Shown here piece after piece: positions 43,953 through 57,600 of a stretch of 64,000 nt of DNA. Position numbers and translations under genes: made by a program. The notes under the pieces are model-generated. The model saw nothing but the letters and a program-made list of their open reading frames with translations. It was not told the DNA's origin and did not search any database. The stretch spans positions 124,001 through 188,000 of the forward strand of contig RSEE01000099.1 in assembly GCA_003971905.1 (NCBI GenBank), read 5' to 3'. Each line of letters starts with the position of its first letter. Position 1 is the stretch's first letter. This DNA is from Moniliella sp. 'wahieum'. Lineage: Eukaryota.

Positions 43953-44971
43953 CGAACGTTCGTTGGCTTACCAGAAACCGGTAGATGACCCATGACCATG
44001 ATTAAAACACCACCTTCAACTTGATACCAACCGATTGGGGACAGAAGATCGGGAAGGGGTCGGGGATCGGGGATCGGGACGAGTAGCAACAGAGGACGAA
44101 AAGCTAGCGGATCAAGGAGGGCGCCAACGCTCCCGCTGACCACACGCCACACCGAACCCGTTTACCGAGATTGTGTGTCCGAACTTGCCTTCTTGCCGTC
44201 TTGACAGATCCAAACGCAAGCAGCGGCCCGACAAAGGGCTGGGGCTTTGCCAGTGGGAGCGCCGACGCGAGGGTTGGCCAAGCTCCAACGCCCAACTGAG
44301 CCGCTGCCTGGCCCGACCGCTTGACGCGGGGAGAGACGGCGCCCGCCGCTGCCGGCTGGCCGTGGGGGGGAGCGTGTGCATGGGGTCTGCTCCACACACG
44401 CTGCCCCATGGGCACCACAGCCAACCGATAACGACGGAGGGGGGCGCCGAGCTCTGGCGGTCGGTGGAAGGAGAGAGCATGGCGGTGGCTGGATGCACGC
44501 GATTTATAGCCCACTGCCCCGCCCCCCGCCCGCCCGCCCGCCGGCAGGGCGCCGGTGTGGCGCAGGCACTAGGCACAGCGCCTGTGTTCGACTTAGCCGA
44601 CCACCAGCGACGGGTGGGGTAGGGTTACGTTCCGCCGCGGAATCCCTTAGATCGTCCCAGAGCTGTCAATATTCACTGTCTACTCACGATCAGTCATCGA
44701 TCATCGACAACAATCATCAATCATCGACATCAATCATCAATCACTTGATCTGTTGCAACAGGTCGGATATTTCTTCTGTCCAAGGTACTCACTCACTCAT
44801 CTCGCTCCCATTTCCAATTTCTTCGTCCCGAGCATCTCGCTCTTCCCTGTTTCTTCCACTTCGCATCATGTCCTCTGCTCTTGCTTCTTCCCCACGAACA
44901 ATGCTACATCCCTTATTGGCCTAGTCCCGACTCTGGTCTCCCTCGCCTTAGCCCCGACTGGGACAGGCAGT

Positions 44972-46482
44972 CTAACACATAACAAGGTATGCATATAACT
45001 GTCTGCAGCACATAGAACGCCACTCGTCACGCGCGTCATGTCTGCTCGCAGCGCCGGTCGTCGCGTCGGTACTTTGCGTCTTTTGCCGGGCCAAGACCCG
45101 GTTGGCCGCCTGATAGATCTTGCGCTCATCAGCGTCCATCTGCTCCTTTTGCTGGGCGCTGCGCCACCGGTCCCACTCCTCCCGGTGGTCAATCCAGCGT
45201 TCTTGGATGTCCAGGGGGCCCATCGCCGTCGCACTGGCGGGCATGTTGGGCCCCAGCGCACGCGTCGTGCCCGTATCCGCCACCGTAAACAACGCAGCCG
45301 CCGAAGCGCCCTTGGCCGTCTTGGCCAGCTCCACATTGGGATCTTGCCCAAGCAGGCCACCGGCGGTAGCCAGCCGGCTGCCCGGCTCCATGCCTCTCCC
45401 ACACCCGCCTCGGGCCTGCCTCATGCAAATGGTGCGAATGGAGCTGGTAAATGTACCCACCTGCCTTATCTGCCATTTGAAGCAGATGAAACATGCTCTC
45501 CTTGTCCTCGACAGCCAGCGTCTCAAAGTTGACCAAGCCAAAGTCTTCAATCAGTTCGGCGGTGGCCGTGTTGAGGGCACGATAGCGCGCCGCATGCTTT
45601 TCTGCGCCCCGTACCAACGCCTCTGCACGTTCTCGCCCGAGCTTTTCGGCTACCGAGTTGGAAAATGGCAGCCTGCGAGCTTTCCCCTCGGCTTCTGTTG
45701 GCGAGCCGGGGCGTGAGAAGAGGGTGACCCTAGCCCACGTACTCCAACGTACGATCGGTCCCAGCGAAGCGGTAAGGTAGGACAAGTCTTGTACTTCGGA
45801 ATAAAAGTCCAAGTTAAAGTCTGGTGGGGCACGTCCCGGTCAGTCCTCCTGGCCACGGGAAGATGGGGGACAAAGCACTTACCCAACATCCGCCTGGTCG
45901 GCCAGCAGATCAATCTTACTGAGACATTGATGTGGGGCAGCTCTAGCATGAGCATCGCTCGTAAGGACAACAGTACAAGGGAAAGGTAGCGTGAGGCATC
46001 GGTGATGTGCGAGGCATCCACCAAGTGCAGTGCGACCAGTCTCCAGCCGACTTGGCTAGCCGGTCCAAGATTTTGCGCAAACTCGGGTGATTGGTCGAAA
46101 CTTCCACTTGTCCTGGTAGATCAAAAAGGACATACGCATTGTCCCCAGACCCGCCAGCTGCTCCTCGAGCCACTCAACGTTGTCGGCCAAGTACTCCATG
46201 CAGAACAGCATCGCGCCCTGTAATACTTGTTGGTCACCTTGCGCCCTAGCTTACAGGAACGGGGACATACATTGGGACCAAGACCTTCCTCTTTCATCAC
46301 GTCCTCGACGCTAATAAGTTGGCGCACGTCAATGTCGGCTTCGTACGGCAGGTTCTCGTTGGCGGGGTCGAGGTTGACGATCGAAGCAGGCCTGTTGAGC
46401 GCGTGCAGCAGCTGGCTCATGCCCGACACATACGTGGATTTTCCTGCGCCGGAGAGCCAATGACAAGCTGGCCAAAGGGCAT
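44972..46482 (-). CDS. GPN2: GPN-loop GTPase 2; introns including 46218-46270; frameshifted
   Basis: Motifs MPFGQLVIG..GAGKST, VNLDPAN, GLGPN|GAMLFCMEYL, FDLPGQVE, LELPHINV, DFYSEVQDLSYL, IEDFGLV. Confidence 0.9.
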
Positions 46483-47078
46483 CGTGCGTGGCGAAGGGGT
46501 GGTGGAGGTGGGTCTGGGCGGTGGGAGGCGTGGGAGGCACTTTACTGGTTGCCTGCGCGTTGCCTCGCCCTCTTTTTTGGGGGCGGAACGCCGCGGAAGC
46601 ACACCGCACTCGGCGCAGAATTGCAATGTTTCGGAATCCATTTTGGTCCAAGTGGGACGACGGGGCCGGCGGTCGCGACGGCGTGGGGCGTGACGCGCTG
46701 ACGCGTGTGGCCTCAGCCAGAGCGCGATGCCAGCATGCACCAGCACTTCTGCGGCGCAGTAGATCAGTAGATGTGGAGCATCAACGGCGCCTTCTTCTTC
46801 AGCAGCGGCGGTGACCGGGCGAGCGTAATGCCGACTTTGTCGGGCTCAGCAGGCTGCTCGGCGCGTGGAAGCTGGCCGGCTGGTGGTTGGGGCTGTGTAT
46901 ACGTTCCTGTGGACTAGCAGTAGTACTGTGCTTGCTGCTGTGAGGGCTCTGCTGACAGCATCTGCACACGGATATATGGATTGGCCCTTTTGACGGTGGG
47001 GAAAATCAGATCTACTTAGTCCCATGCCCACAACACCCGCTGCGCCTCCGCCGCGCCCCAAGCCACGCCCAGCGTCGA

Positions 47079-49548
47079 TCAAAAGTCGTACCCCGGCACG
47101 CGGAAGAGCTGGGCATAAGCAAAGTAGTTCTGCATCAGCCGCAGAATCGCCTTGGGGGGGTCGAGCGAGACGAGGGTGTAGGACACCTTGGCCAGGCCAT
47201 CCGTCTCGATCAACGAGAACAGTGCTTGCCCACGGCGCCCGGGTAGGAGCCCTCCGCGTACCAGCGGTGCTGGTACGCCGTCAGCTTCACTGCCAGCCAC
47301 ACTGCGCTCTTCACGTCCCGCTCCTTGGCAAACATCTCCAACAGCGCCAGATGCGCTTTGGCAGAGAAGCGGTACCCCTGGTTCTGCTGCACCGTCGCTG
47401 CCGATGGAAGGTTGCTTGTGCTTCCGCCCGCACCACCCAGACCGGCGGACCAGTGTCCAGGCGAGCCCACCCCATTCGGGGCCGAGCCCGACACATCCAA
47501 GCAGCGCAAGTAGGCATCCTTGGCCTCGGCGGGGTGGTGCAAGCGCAGCGCCAGGTCGCCCAGGATTTCCCACTCGAGCGAGGTCTTCACGTATGGCTTG
47601 CGCACATTCAGGTAATGTTCCAGCTCGGCACGCCAGATGGTGTAGACACGCAAGTCTTCGTACAACACCATAAACAGATTGTCCAGCCAACGTTCACACA
47701 GACGGCGGTTGCTCAGCGCGTACGCCTTGTCCCCTTCCTTGTCCCCGCCCAGGGTGCCCTCGTCGACAGAGGCATCCCCATTCGGGTGTGTAGAATCGTC
47801 TCCATCGTGCCGTGCCGCTCGGGCGCGAGAGTTCAGGCACATCAGCTTCAAATGATTCTTTTGGCACACGCGTCGGTGTCTCCACCGATTGTCGGTCGGT
47901 CTCGGTAGAGATTTTGATTTCGGGCACAGAAGGGTGGGGGGGCGAGGAGGTGGAACGATGCTCGTCTGCTTCTGTCTCTGTCTCCGTCTTTGCCTCTTCT
48001 TTCTCTTGCGTCTTGTCCTGTTCCGCCTCTCCGTCCTTGTCCTGGTCCTTGTCTTCATCTCCGACGGGAATGCGGCCATTGGGCGCCGGCGCCGGGTCGA
48101 CTGCATTAGTGGACCGAGACTCCTGCCCGGCTTTTTGCGCACGGTACTCTTCCTCCATAAAGAACACATTGCTACGGCGCTTCAGCAGCTCGTCCCACCC
48201 AATCTTGGACACCAGCTCGGTCAAAAGCGAGTAGGCCTGCGCAAACGTACCCCGCAACGCGGGGGCAGGTAGACGCAACAGCGCAACATCCGCTTCTCCC
48301 GCCGACGAAGGCGCACCGCCCGGCAGCGCTTGCAGCGCCGGGTTGGACGGGGTCTTCAGCGAGCAGCCCCGATTCGATGAGGGACGCCTTGATGGGCAAG
48401 TGGTGCGGGCGGCCGGAGGCATGCGATGCAAGTCCCGCTCATTAAAGGTGAACATGGGACAAGAGTTGAGCGTATACAGTGCATCTTCCCACCTACCCAG
48501 GTCGATAAAGCTTTGGGTCAGTTTGGCCCAGGTGAGGAACTCACTAGGAGCGCATTTGACCGCCGCCGTGGCCAGCTCACGTGCCCATTCCACCTCACCC
48601 CGGTTGCGGAGAAAGTCGGTTTGGACATGGAGCAGCGCATAGGACTCGGTGGACATGGTTGTCCCTTGGGTCTTAAGCGGAGCAAGAAGCGCTTCGTGCA
48701 TCACAGTGACCGCCTTGACCTCCTCGTTCATCGCCAGGTAGGCCTGAGCAACCAGCGCGGCACACTCGGGCTCCCTTGCATAGAGCTTCTCGAACAGATT
48801 CACCGCCAGCTCCATCCGGTTGGCATCACCAAAGTACTTGAGGATCCCCTGGGCGAGATGGTTCTTGACAACGGTGGCGACTTGGATCTCAGGGTCGCTG
48901 CCGAGTTGCCAGCCCTTGAAGAACAGGTTCTCGGCCGCCTGGAAGAAAACGGTTCTCAGCCTCGGGGGACGAGATGGGGTCGAGCTTGCGGTAGCCCGAG
49001 AGACGGTAGTTGGGGTCGTCGGCGTAGTGGATGCTGCGCAGGAGGGCCGAGAGGTAGACTTCCTGCCACACCTCGGGGAGGGGGTGGTGCTCGCCGCGGA
49101 GGTCGACGACGTAGGCCTGGACGCCGCCGGGGATGCGCACCTCGACGCGCACGTCGATGCGGGAAAAGGCGTTGAAGCAGCAGTAGGTGCCGCTGCGGAC
49201 GTGCCAGGGGGAGGAGAGCCAGGAGTTGGGCTGGCTCAGCTCGTAGTTGAGCGAGTTGATGTAGGCGGCGAGGGCGGCGGAGGAGGAGGCGTCGACGCCG
49301 GAGACGTAGTGGTACGAGCCGACCTGGAGAGGGGGAGGGGGGAGGTTAGGGTGCCCAGGACGCGCAACGGGACGGGTACATACATCCTTGGCCGAGCTGC
49401 GGCCGGTGGGGTCGGTGGTTTTGACGACCTGGCAGAGGTCGGGGGGGCCGAGTTCGCGGAAGGAGGCGAGGGTCTCGGTGCGGGCCAGCAGGCTCTCGCC
49501 GATCTCCGTCTCGAAGAACTCGGGCTGGGAGACAAACGCGTCGCCCAT
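47079..49548 (-). CDS. ChAPs-family exomer subunit (Bch1/Bud7/Chs6-like); intron ~49324-49383
   Basis: Motifs ESLLARTETLASFRELGPPDL, YHYVSGVDASSSAALAAY, YCCFNAFSRIDVRV, ALYTLNSCPMF, IGWDELLKRRSNVFFMEEEYR, RLCERWLDNLFMVLYEDL. Confidence 0.92.
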
Positions 49549-49862
49549 GCTGCCGGTGGTGGTGGAGAGCGGCGGCGGCGGCGGCGGCGGGCGCTACGTG
49601 GCAGGATGCCTTCCACGTCACAGCCGCCTGCCGTCTGCTGCGGAGCTGTGAGCCCCACCAGGCGGCTGCGCGCCTCGCCTTCGTTTCAAGGTTGCAGCTG
49701 CCAATCACATGTGATGTGGCATGCGCCTGTCACCTGTCGCATGTCCGTTCGGAGTGTTCCCAGCCACGCTTTCCCAGGCTGCTTCAAGTGGAAGCTTGGC
49801 GCTCGACGCTCGACGCTTGACGCTTGACGCCCTGACCACTGCCCACCCCCCACCCCCCACCC

Positions 49863-51024
49863 ATGCCCCCCGGCCCCGTCCTCACCCCCGATGGGCTCCA
49901 GATCCAGCTGTCCGCCATCGAGGTCATCATGGCCATGTGGCAGTCCGACGGCGAGCTGACGATGAACGACGAGGGCCAGCGCGCATTCGAGGCGCTCGTC
50001 GAGTACCTCGCCTTGCCCGTCAGCACCCTGGGCGGCGAGAACAGCCTCAAGGTCAAAGCCTCGCTTCCGGCCCACATCCGCCTCGGCCTTCTCATCGATC
50101 CCTTTGCTGGCAGTGCAGTCCCAGTCCCGGGCGCCCAGGCCAAGGGCAAGACACTTACCTTGGACGTCGCCCTGGCGCTGCGCAAGACCAGTGCCGAGCA
50201 AACCGAAAAAGATGCTCTGCGGCCGCACTTGTCTCTCCAGGCGCCCACATGGCTGACCTCGGCCCAGTATACCAAGCTCGTCGACGCGTGTCATCTGTCC
50301 CAGCAGACACCCAGCGCCGAGGACGACGACATTGTTACCTTCATTATGGATTTGATCGAGAAGGTGTCCGAGGAATGTGAGCGCCTGCCCCTCGACGTGG
50401 ACCCAAAGAGCACGGCAACGTTGGATCCAACAGCCGCCACCCACCTGGACACCCGGACCAAGCGCGTGTACCGCAGCTGGTCCTGTCTTCCCAGTTTGAA
50501 CACGCGTGAAAAGCGGCAGGATCTGGTCGACTATGCTGCCCTCCACATCCCCCCTCTGACAGGCTTTGTGATTGCGGGCAAACCTGCACTGGTGGTGCTT
50601 GAGTACCCGCTTTCCGACACGGCCACCCCGGAAGAACGGACAAAAGAGATCGAGACAGCCAAACAAGCCTTGCTCGGGTGAGTTGGGGGATCTGTCTCTC
50701 TGCCTGCTGACTGACTCTTGACCATCAAACTGACACTAACATCCCCTTCCGCACAGCTACTGGTCCGAAATCAAGCGCTTAAGTTGGAGCGATATCCAAC
50801 CTAGCCACAAGAAAGTGTCGGAAACCCTGGCTGAGCCCGACGTTGATCGATCTTTTACCTCCATGGACGACGTGACGGGCAAAGACGAGGTAGGGGGGCA
50901 AGAGGCGCTGCGTGGGACCTACAAGCACCGCAATGATTGGAGGTTGGTCGAGGCCTGGTTGCGCGACAAGAAAGGTGCCGGCGGGCGGTTGCGTGAGGCG
51001 TTGGGCGCCGATTGGACTTCATAG
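49863..51024 (+). CDS. RWD domain / DUF1115 (RWDD2-like) protein; intron 50678-50756
   Basis: N-terminal QIQLSAIEVIMAMW and LSLQAPTWL are RWD-like. C-terminal KRQDLVDYA..LTGFVIAGKPALVVLE..YWSEIKRLSW is DUF1115-like. Confidence 0.7.
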
Positions 51025-51104
51025 CCCACAATGCTACGAGTTGCTACAGCATCACACAACGCAAAGGAAAGCCAATGGATGGATGGAAAATGGGCATGTT
51101 AGGT

Positions 51105-51727
51105 TTACTTCTTGGACTTCTTGAACAGAGCTTCTGTCCTGGCCTTTTGGATCTCCCTTGCCAGGCGCGAAGCTTCGCCGGTAGCTTCGGCAAAGATTTC
51201 CGCGTCGCGCTGGGCCTCCGTACGCGCCCGCGCTTGCTCCTGCTTGATATTTTCGATCAACGCAGACGCCTCCTTGAGACGGCCAGCCAGCTTAAGCCGG
51301 TCGGCACGCAGCTGCGTCCGCTCAGTACGCACCTTCATCGCCACCCGCAACTGCTCCTGCTCCATCGCCGTCATGTCCATCTTGAGTTGACGCCGGTGGG
51401 CCTCCCGCTCGGCAGCGGTACCGACAAAGTCAAAGAAGCGGAAATACTTGCGCGCCGACAGCGGCCGGCACTGGACAGCTTGGATGCGGTCCCCAATCTG
51501 AAGTTCATTCAGCTCGTCGTGGACGAGAAACTTTTTGGTAACGGTGTGTTCCTGCGCGAGGGCGGGGGGGGGAAGGGTTAGCGAACCAAGGTAGAGCGCG
51601 CGACAGACGAGGCAGCGTAGCGTACCTTGGCGTACAGGGCGTGGAGCATCTTGCGCTCGACGGTCAGAGTGACCGTCTTGTCCATGAAGCCAGCCCGGGT
51701 GACGAAACCCTCCAGGATTTGGGGCAT
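51105..51727 (-). CDS. MRPS17: Mitochondrial ribosomal protein uS17m; intron 51552-51625
   Basis: Spliced MPQILEGFVTRAGFMDKTVTLTVERKMLHALYAK|EHTVTKKFLVHDELNELQIGDRIQAVQCRPLSARKYF matches the S17 family. A helical C-terminal extension follows. Confidence 0.9.
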
Positions 51728-52148
51728 GACGGGCGTGCACAAGCGAGAGGTAGCGAGCTCACAAGCCCGCTTTCCTGCCCTGGCCAACAAGCACGGAAGA
51801 ACAGATGGGGCAGGGCGGAATGTGGGTTTACTTCCGCCCCGGTAATGTCATGATGTATGACCGGTGACCCCGGTGACCGGTGACCGGTCAACCAGTCAAG
51901 CTTCAAGCTTCAAGTGACCCAACCAAAATTTCAGCTGGGTAAGCGGTGGATTTCGGCCCCACGACGTTCACCTTCGCCAGGCTATTTGTTGGATTCTCTC
52001 TTTCTCCCGGAAGAGGTCGGATATCATGTCAGTGCATCTATTTCGCTGCACTCGTGCAGAGCCAAGCGTTGCATCTCAAAGAGATGAGTCCACAGGGGGT
52101 CATCATTGATTGCAGAGTGCATATCAGAACAACACAAAAGAACAACTG

Positions 52149-52182
52149 AAAATAGAATAGAATAGAACAGAACAGAACAGAG
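52149..52182. repeat. (AATAG)n(AACAG)n compound microsatellite
   Basis: Directly visible. Confidence 0.85.
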
Positions 52183-52284
52183 GATGGGTGGGGGAGACGA
52201 TTTCAAGTGGCATACTAGTACTAGCAACCCGTATTCTACTTTCCCTCCAAGCCATTTTCTGATCTGGTCAGGTGGCGGGCATTA

Positions 52285-53219
52285 TTAGGCGGTTGGGGTG
52301 AGTGTCTCCTGGGCAGGCGACTCGACTTGTTGGTACGTTTTGGCCTCGGGTTCGTAGGTACGGTCATTGTAGATCGCCCGTTCGCGATGCGCTTGGAAAA
52401 AGGCGATCAAAAAGGGAACAAAGGCAGCGAGGCACCCCGGTCGCAGCCCACGACATCCACAGCGACTGACCAAAATGAATGTTGATGCCTGCTGTCCGAC
52501 CTTGGGCGCTATGCACCGTCTTCCGTGTTTCTGATACCACAGCGGTCCACATGCCGGCACCGACAGCGAGCACCGCCCCAGTGAGCAATGCCAGGGCCGA
52601 AGAGATGAGGTAGAATCCACTCTCGGACGCCAAGCCAGCAAGGAAGGTGACACCAGTCAAGATGGTTCCGACAAAGAGGAAGTAGAAGCCAACGCGGGAG
52701 TAGGTGTGGAGCCAATGCGTCTTCGACAGCTTGCCTGGTGTGGAAGAAGGGAGGCTCGAGGTTTCGTTGCCTGAGGAAGCGTCGGCAGTAGAGTGGCGAT
52801 CGGATCGAATTGGTGTCCAAAGGTGCGATGGGAGCAGGCACGCGTGCCTGTCGTTCCGTCGCCACCACAAACGGAGTAGAGACCCCAGTAATACTGCTTT
52901 CGCAATCCGTGGTTCTCCAGTAGCGGCTGGGAAAGATCGGTGGCAAAAGTAGACCCAAGACCTGCGTCGGCCGTATTGAGATGGCTTAGATCCAGATTGG
53001 CAATGTACAGGTTGCGGGCCACCATATTTTGCGTCAGCTGGCCCATGTTGACGAGCACCATGAGCGCAACGGAGGAGAAGAGGAGAAACTCGCCTGTGTG
53101 ATGGTCAGGGTCGGAAAAGTCAGTTTTTCTCCCCTCGCACCAAGGCAGGGCATAGGCCAGTTCCGGCGCAATCAACAGGGAGCTGTGGGCGTACCGATGG
53201 CAGTGCTGAGAACGGGCAT
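52285..53219 (-). CDS. SUR7/PalI-family tetraspan membrane protein; intron ~53094-53194
   Basis: N-terminal TM FLLFSSVALMVLV, loop motif YYWGLYSVCG..C..FGHQFDP, and further TMs GFYFLFVGTILTG, LISSALALL and FGQSLWMSWAA. Confidence 0.8.
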
Positions 53220-54427
53220 GGTCGATTGGAGAAGACGGATACCGCACGGTTCTCTGGAAACGGGTCTGGAGGGTGTGAAGGTGGCGGGGAGATGGAGAGG
53301 AAGAGAGAAGGTTGGAGCTGGTCAAAAAACAAACCAAGACGGACCCAATACAGGGAGGTAATACCAGAGTGTATTAGGGGAAAGCAAAAGCACAGCAAAA
53401 TCCAACTCGATCGATGCACCCGGGATCCAGAGCGCGCTGTGATCGATGATTGATGTTGTTGAGGAGGAGGATCGATGATGCCGATGACGGTAGATGGGCC
53501 GATGAAGCGGGGGTATAGAGCAGGGTAATGCCGGCAATGCAGGGCAACGCTTCCCATTGACGTCGACCAGCGACTGGCGGCCATCGGTGCTCTTTTGATC
53601 ATCGGTCATTAATTCAGTGATCATCGCCCCAGAAATGTGAGCAGGGGTATGGATCCGGCACGGAGGCACTCTGCTCATGATTGTCCCGAGCGTCAGAACT
53701 GCGTGCCGCTCTACGAGTGTGGCGGTGCGCGTGCTCCGAGCAGAGAGGCGGGCCAATGGCGGGATGGGAGGCAGAAGGGCGCACTCCGCCGTACAGTGCT
53801 GCCGCCCCGATCCAACCGGTAGCATCCCCTCCCCGCCACAGCGATCGACCAGCGCGGGGTACTATACAGGCACTGCAGCGTACTACTGGCCAAAGCCTAG
53901 TAACTACCCATCACAGTCGCCTAGTGCCTCAGTTCCATAGTGACCCAGTGGCCCGGTGATCCTCTCAGTGAGCCAAGTGAATATATAGGTTGCCACCCTC
54001 TCTTTCTCTTGAAGAACGCTGGTCGTCCGAAAGGAACGATATCCACTTCGCAGCGCCCTGCAGAAGCGCACGATCGCCCCTGAATTTCACACTGACTCCT
54101 GTAGCTTATTAGGGTCAGGACGTCGGCACTACGCAGTTTATGTGGGCCGTATATACAGGTCGTCTCGCGAGTCGATGGCCATCCTGTTGAACCAATGGTC
54201 TCGACCTTGGTCGACCTCTGCAGTTTGTGGTAACGCGTGATGCGGGGACGCCGAAAGCTGCATGTGACCCGTATGGCCCCTTTCGGTATTAGCAATCCGA
54301 ATCACTAGGAGCCTGGACGAGAAGGATGCGCGTTAGCTTACAAGCTCGTGAAGGCTGAAGCGCTGAAGCAGCATCATGCATCACGCATCCCGATGCATGA
54401 GGTTTGGATTGTCGCACGCGCCCACAC

Positions 54428-54638
54428 TGTCACAGGCCTAGCTAGCGATGCTGGCGATGGTCGATGGAGATGGCATTCAAGAGCTAAGGAGAGCTAGAGC
54501 TATGGGCCTTGATAGGCTCCTGGCCTGGAGGCCAGTGGAAACCCGTGGAAGGGTCGGAACTCACTGCCCCGGTGCACTGTGTGGATCGGGCCACGTGTCA
54601 CTGAAGGCCGATGGGCTCTAGACCACTGGTGGTCAACA
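54428..54638 (-). repeat. 3' LTR of the copia element (211 bp)
   Basis: Runs tgtcacagg...ggtcaaca and matches 59487-59697 base for base by eye. Confidence 0.97.
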
Positions 54639-57600
54639 CCCCCGCTGGCCAGAGGTCTCAGTGGCACGATGGAAGGTTGTAACGTCCTCAAGCTTGAGGC
54701 GAGGCAAGTTGGCCAGGAGTGAGACCTTAGTGGCTGGTTTGGTGAGGATGTCGGCCGGGTTCTCGTTTCCAGCAATGTGCGCGATTTTGACTTCGCCCGA
54801 GTCGACATGCTGGCGTACGTTGTGGTACCGGATGTTCAGCTCACGTAGTTTGCCCGTGCTGCCCACTTTTTCGGCCAAGGCAAGTGCCGCCATGTTGTCG
54901 CAGTACCAGTGTATGGGCTCGTCTGAGGTGATGGCACCGAGCTCCAGTAAGATGTTTTTAACGTAGTTCGCATCAATGAGGCCCTCATATCCCGCCGTAT
55001 ATTCGGCCGCAGCAGTGTTGGTGACGCTCTTGGGTTGACGCACGCTCCTCCAGGACACTGGAACCCCGTAGACGAAAAGCAGGCATCCCGACGTGGAACG
55101 CCATTGGTCAGGGTCTCCAGCCAGGTCGGCATCCGTGTATAGCGCGAGAGCGGGTGCGTCAGGCTCGGGTGTTAGTCGGAGACCGTAGCCCTTGGTACCG
55201 TAGAGGTAGCGGAGGAAGTTTGTTGCCGCAGCGCGGTGGGCCTTGGAGGGATCGGCAGTTGCTCGGCTTAGAGCTGAGATGCCGAACAGCGCATCAGGGC
55301 GGCACATGCGGGCAGCCCACAGCCCAGATCCTACTTTGGCTTGGTAGTCGCGTCTCTCGGCGGGCAGTGCGGGCGGTTCGGGGTCGGTGCGCGCGGGGAT
55401 CATCTTGCTGGGGTGGGGGAGGCCCATAACCAGGGGTGGCGGAACCTCATGTTTGGCAATGGATTCCTCAATGAATTTTGGCTGGCTAAGGTACAGTTTC
55501 CCGTTTATGGTGTCGTACTGGCAGCCAAGATGGTAGTGTAGGGGGCCGTTTCCCCGCACCTCGATATGGGTGTTGATCTCAGTGAGGAAGGAATCGTAGC
55601 GTGCGTGAGACGTGCAGGCGATGAGAAGATCGTCGGTGTGCACGGCAAGGAGGACCGTGTCGCCTTTACGGGGTCGGATGAACAAGCACGGCTCAGCCAG
55701 AGATTGTACAAAAACCCATGTCTCCGCGGAGCAAGTCACGGATGAATACCGCCCAGTTTGCGCCGGATTGGTGGAGGCCATATAGGCTTTTCCGGAGACG
55801 CCAGACCTTGCCTTTTTCCTCGGGAAAGAATGGGGGTGGGCGGAGGTACACTTTTTCCGTGAGGGGAGCGTTCAAATAGGCAGAGTGCACATCAGCAGTG
55901 AAGAGGTGGAGGCCGAACTTTCCAGCAAGGGCGATAAGGCTGAGGATGGCAGGAGTGCGCACGGCAGGGGCGAATGTTTGTCCCCATGTGTCAGCATCCT
56001 GCTGGTGGCCCCCGGCAACGAGACGGGCTCGGTAGCGTAGGAAATTTCCGTCCGCGTCCGTTTTGGTGTTGATGCGCCACAGACCAATCAGCAGCTGCGC
56101 GTCTGGAGGGGGCGTGACGACTTCGAATGTGCCGTAGCGGGCTAGGGTGTCGATTTCCGTGCGCATCGCCTCCAGCACTGGTTCGAATGAGGGGTTGATT
56201 GGAGGCCCTTCATTGTCTTGGGTGCAACAGGTACTCCGTCCTTGGTGAGCTGGATGCGCTCGTGCGGCCCTGGCTCGCTAAGGGCGATCATCGCCTTGTA
56301 TTCAGGCGGATGGAGACCGTCGCTGTACGCGGGCAGGGCAGTGTCGGGCAGTGGGAAGCGTAGGCCGATCGCAGGACTACGACTACCGTCAGGGAGGGGA
56401 ACCGGAGGCAGCGCGGCAGCGTGTGCGTGGAAGTCACCATCATGAGGGTCGTCCGCTACGGGGAGCTGTGCCCAGTCAAGGTCAAAACGGCGCTGGGGGT
56501 CCGGGCGGGGTACCGTCTGGTGGTGGGGGTGGTTGGATGGGTGTCGTTTTGTCTTGCGATGGTCGCGTCAGTATCAGTGTTGATTCTCGGTGGTGTGTTG
56601 GGATTTGCAACTTCAATTTTGTTCATTTTTTCTTCTCCCTTTTTGGTTTCAGTGTCAGTCATAGTTCTGTCAGGCAGGGGTTGAGCGGGGAAGCGAGATA
56701 CGTCAGGCGGAAAGCGGTCGGGGAAAACCTCGTGGTATTGGCGCTGGGTCCACTTGTATGGTTTTGCCCATTGGGATCGGAACGTGCCCATGGACGGGTC
56801 GTACACAGCCCAGCGCCAACCCTTTGTACCTCGACCTGCGTCGTACCCGACGAGCATGGCTTCGACAGCCCGCGGACTGAGCTTATGGTCACGTTGGTCC
56901 TGGGCCAGGTGAAGGTACGCCAAGGATCCGAAGGCGTGCATTGGCAGCGGTGGGGGTGACCCCTTGTACAGCTCAGCCCGAGATTGTGTGCCCTGGCTGG
57001 AGATGTCGGTGGCATGAGGTTGTGCGTCCAGCACCCTGCCAGCAAGGCATCCTGCCACCAGTTTGATGTCGGGAGGCCCGAGGCGATGATGAGTTGGCGC
57101 GCGCGTGTGGTGATTGCCTGGATGGCTCGCTCGGCCACCCCATTTGATTGACTTTGGCCTGGTATGGTGGTTTCCGTCGTGATACCTTCGGATTCAAGGA
57201 ACGGACGGAGTGCGCTGGTGAGCTCGGGGGCATTGTCTGTCTTCAAGATGCGAAGCAGACGGTCCTTTCCGATGCGTTGCTCGCGGGTGATGAGTTTTTT
57301 CAGCTCCGCCGTGGCTTGTCCTTTCGTCTTTAGGGGAACAGCGAAGGTGTAACGGCTCCAGTCATCAACCGCGACCAGGGCGTATCCATGTCCCATGCCA
57401 GTGATGCGAGGGAGGTCGACTACGTCGGCGTGCAGTACTTCGAAAGGACGTTCCGAAATGCGGCGGCCGTGGCGCGAAGGGTGGCTGGGCGCTTTGGCCA
57501 GAGCTTTTGTGCAGGTGGGACAATGCCAGAAGGGGCGGATGCGTCGGATTTGGGCAGGGCTGACGCGGAGGCTCGCTCGCGCGTTGGCGGTTAGTGTCGG

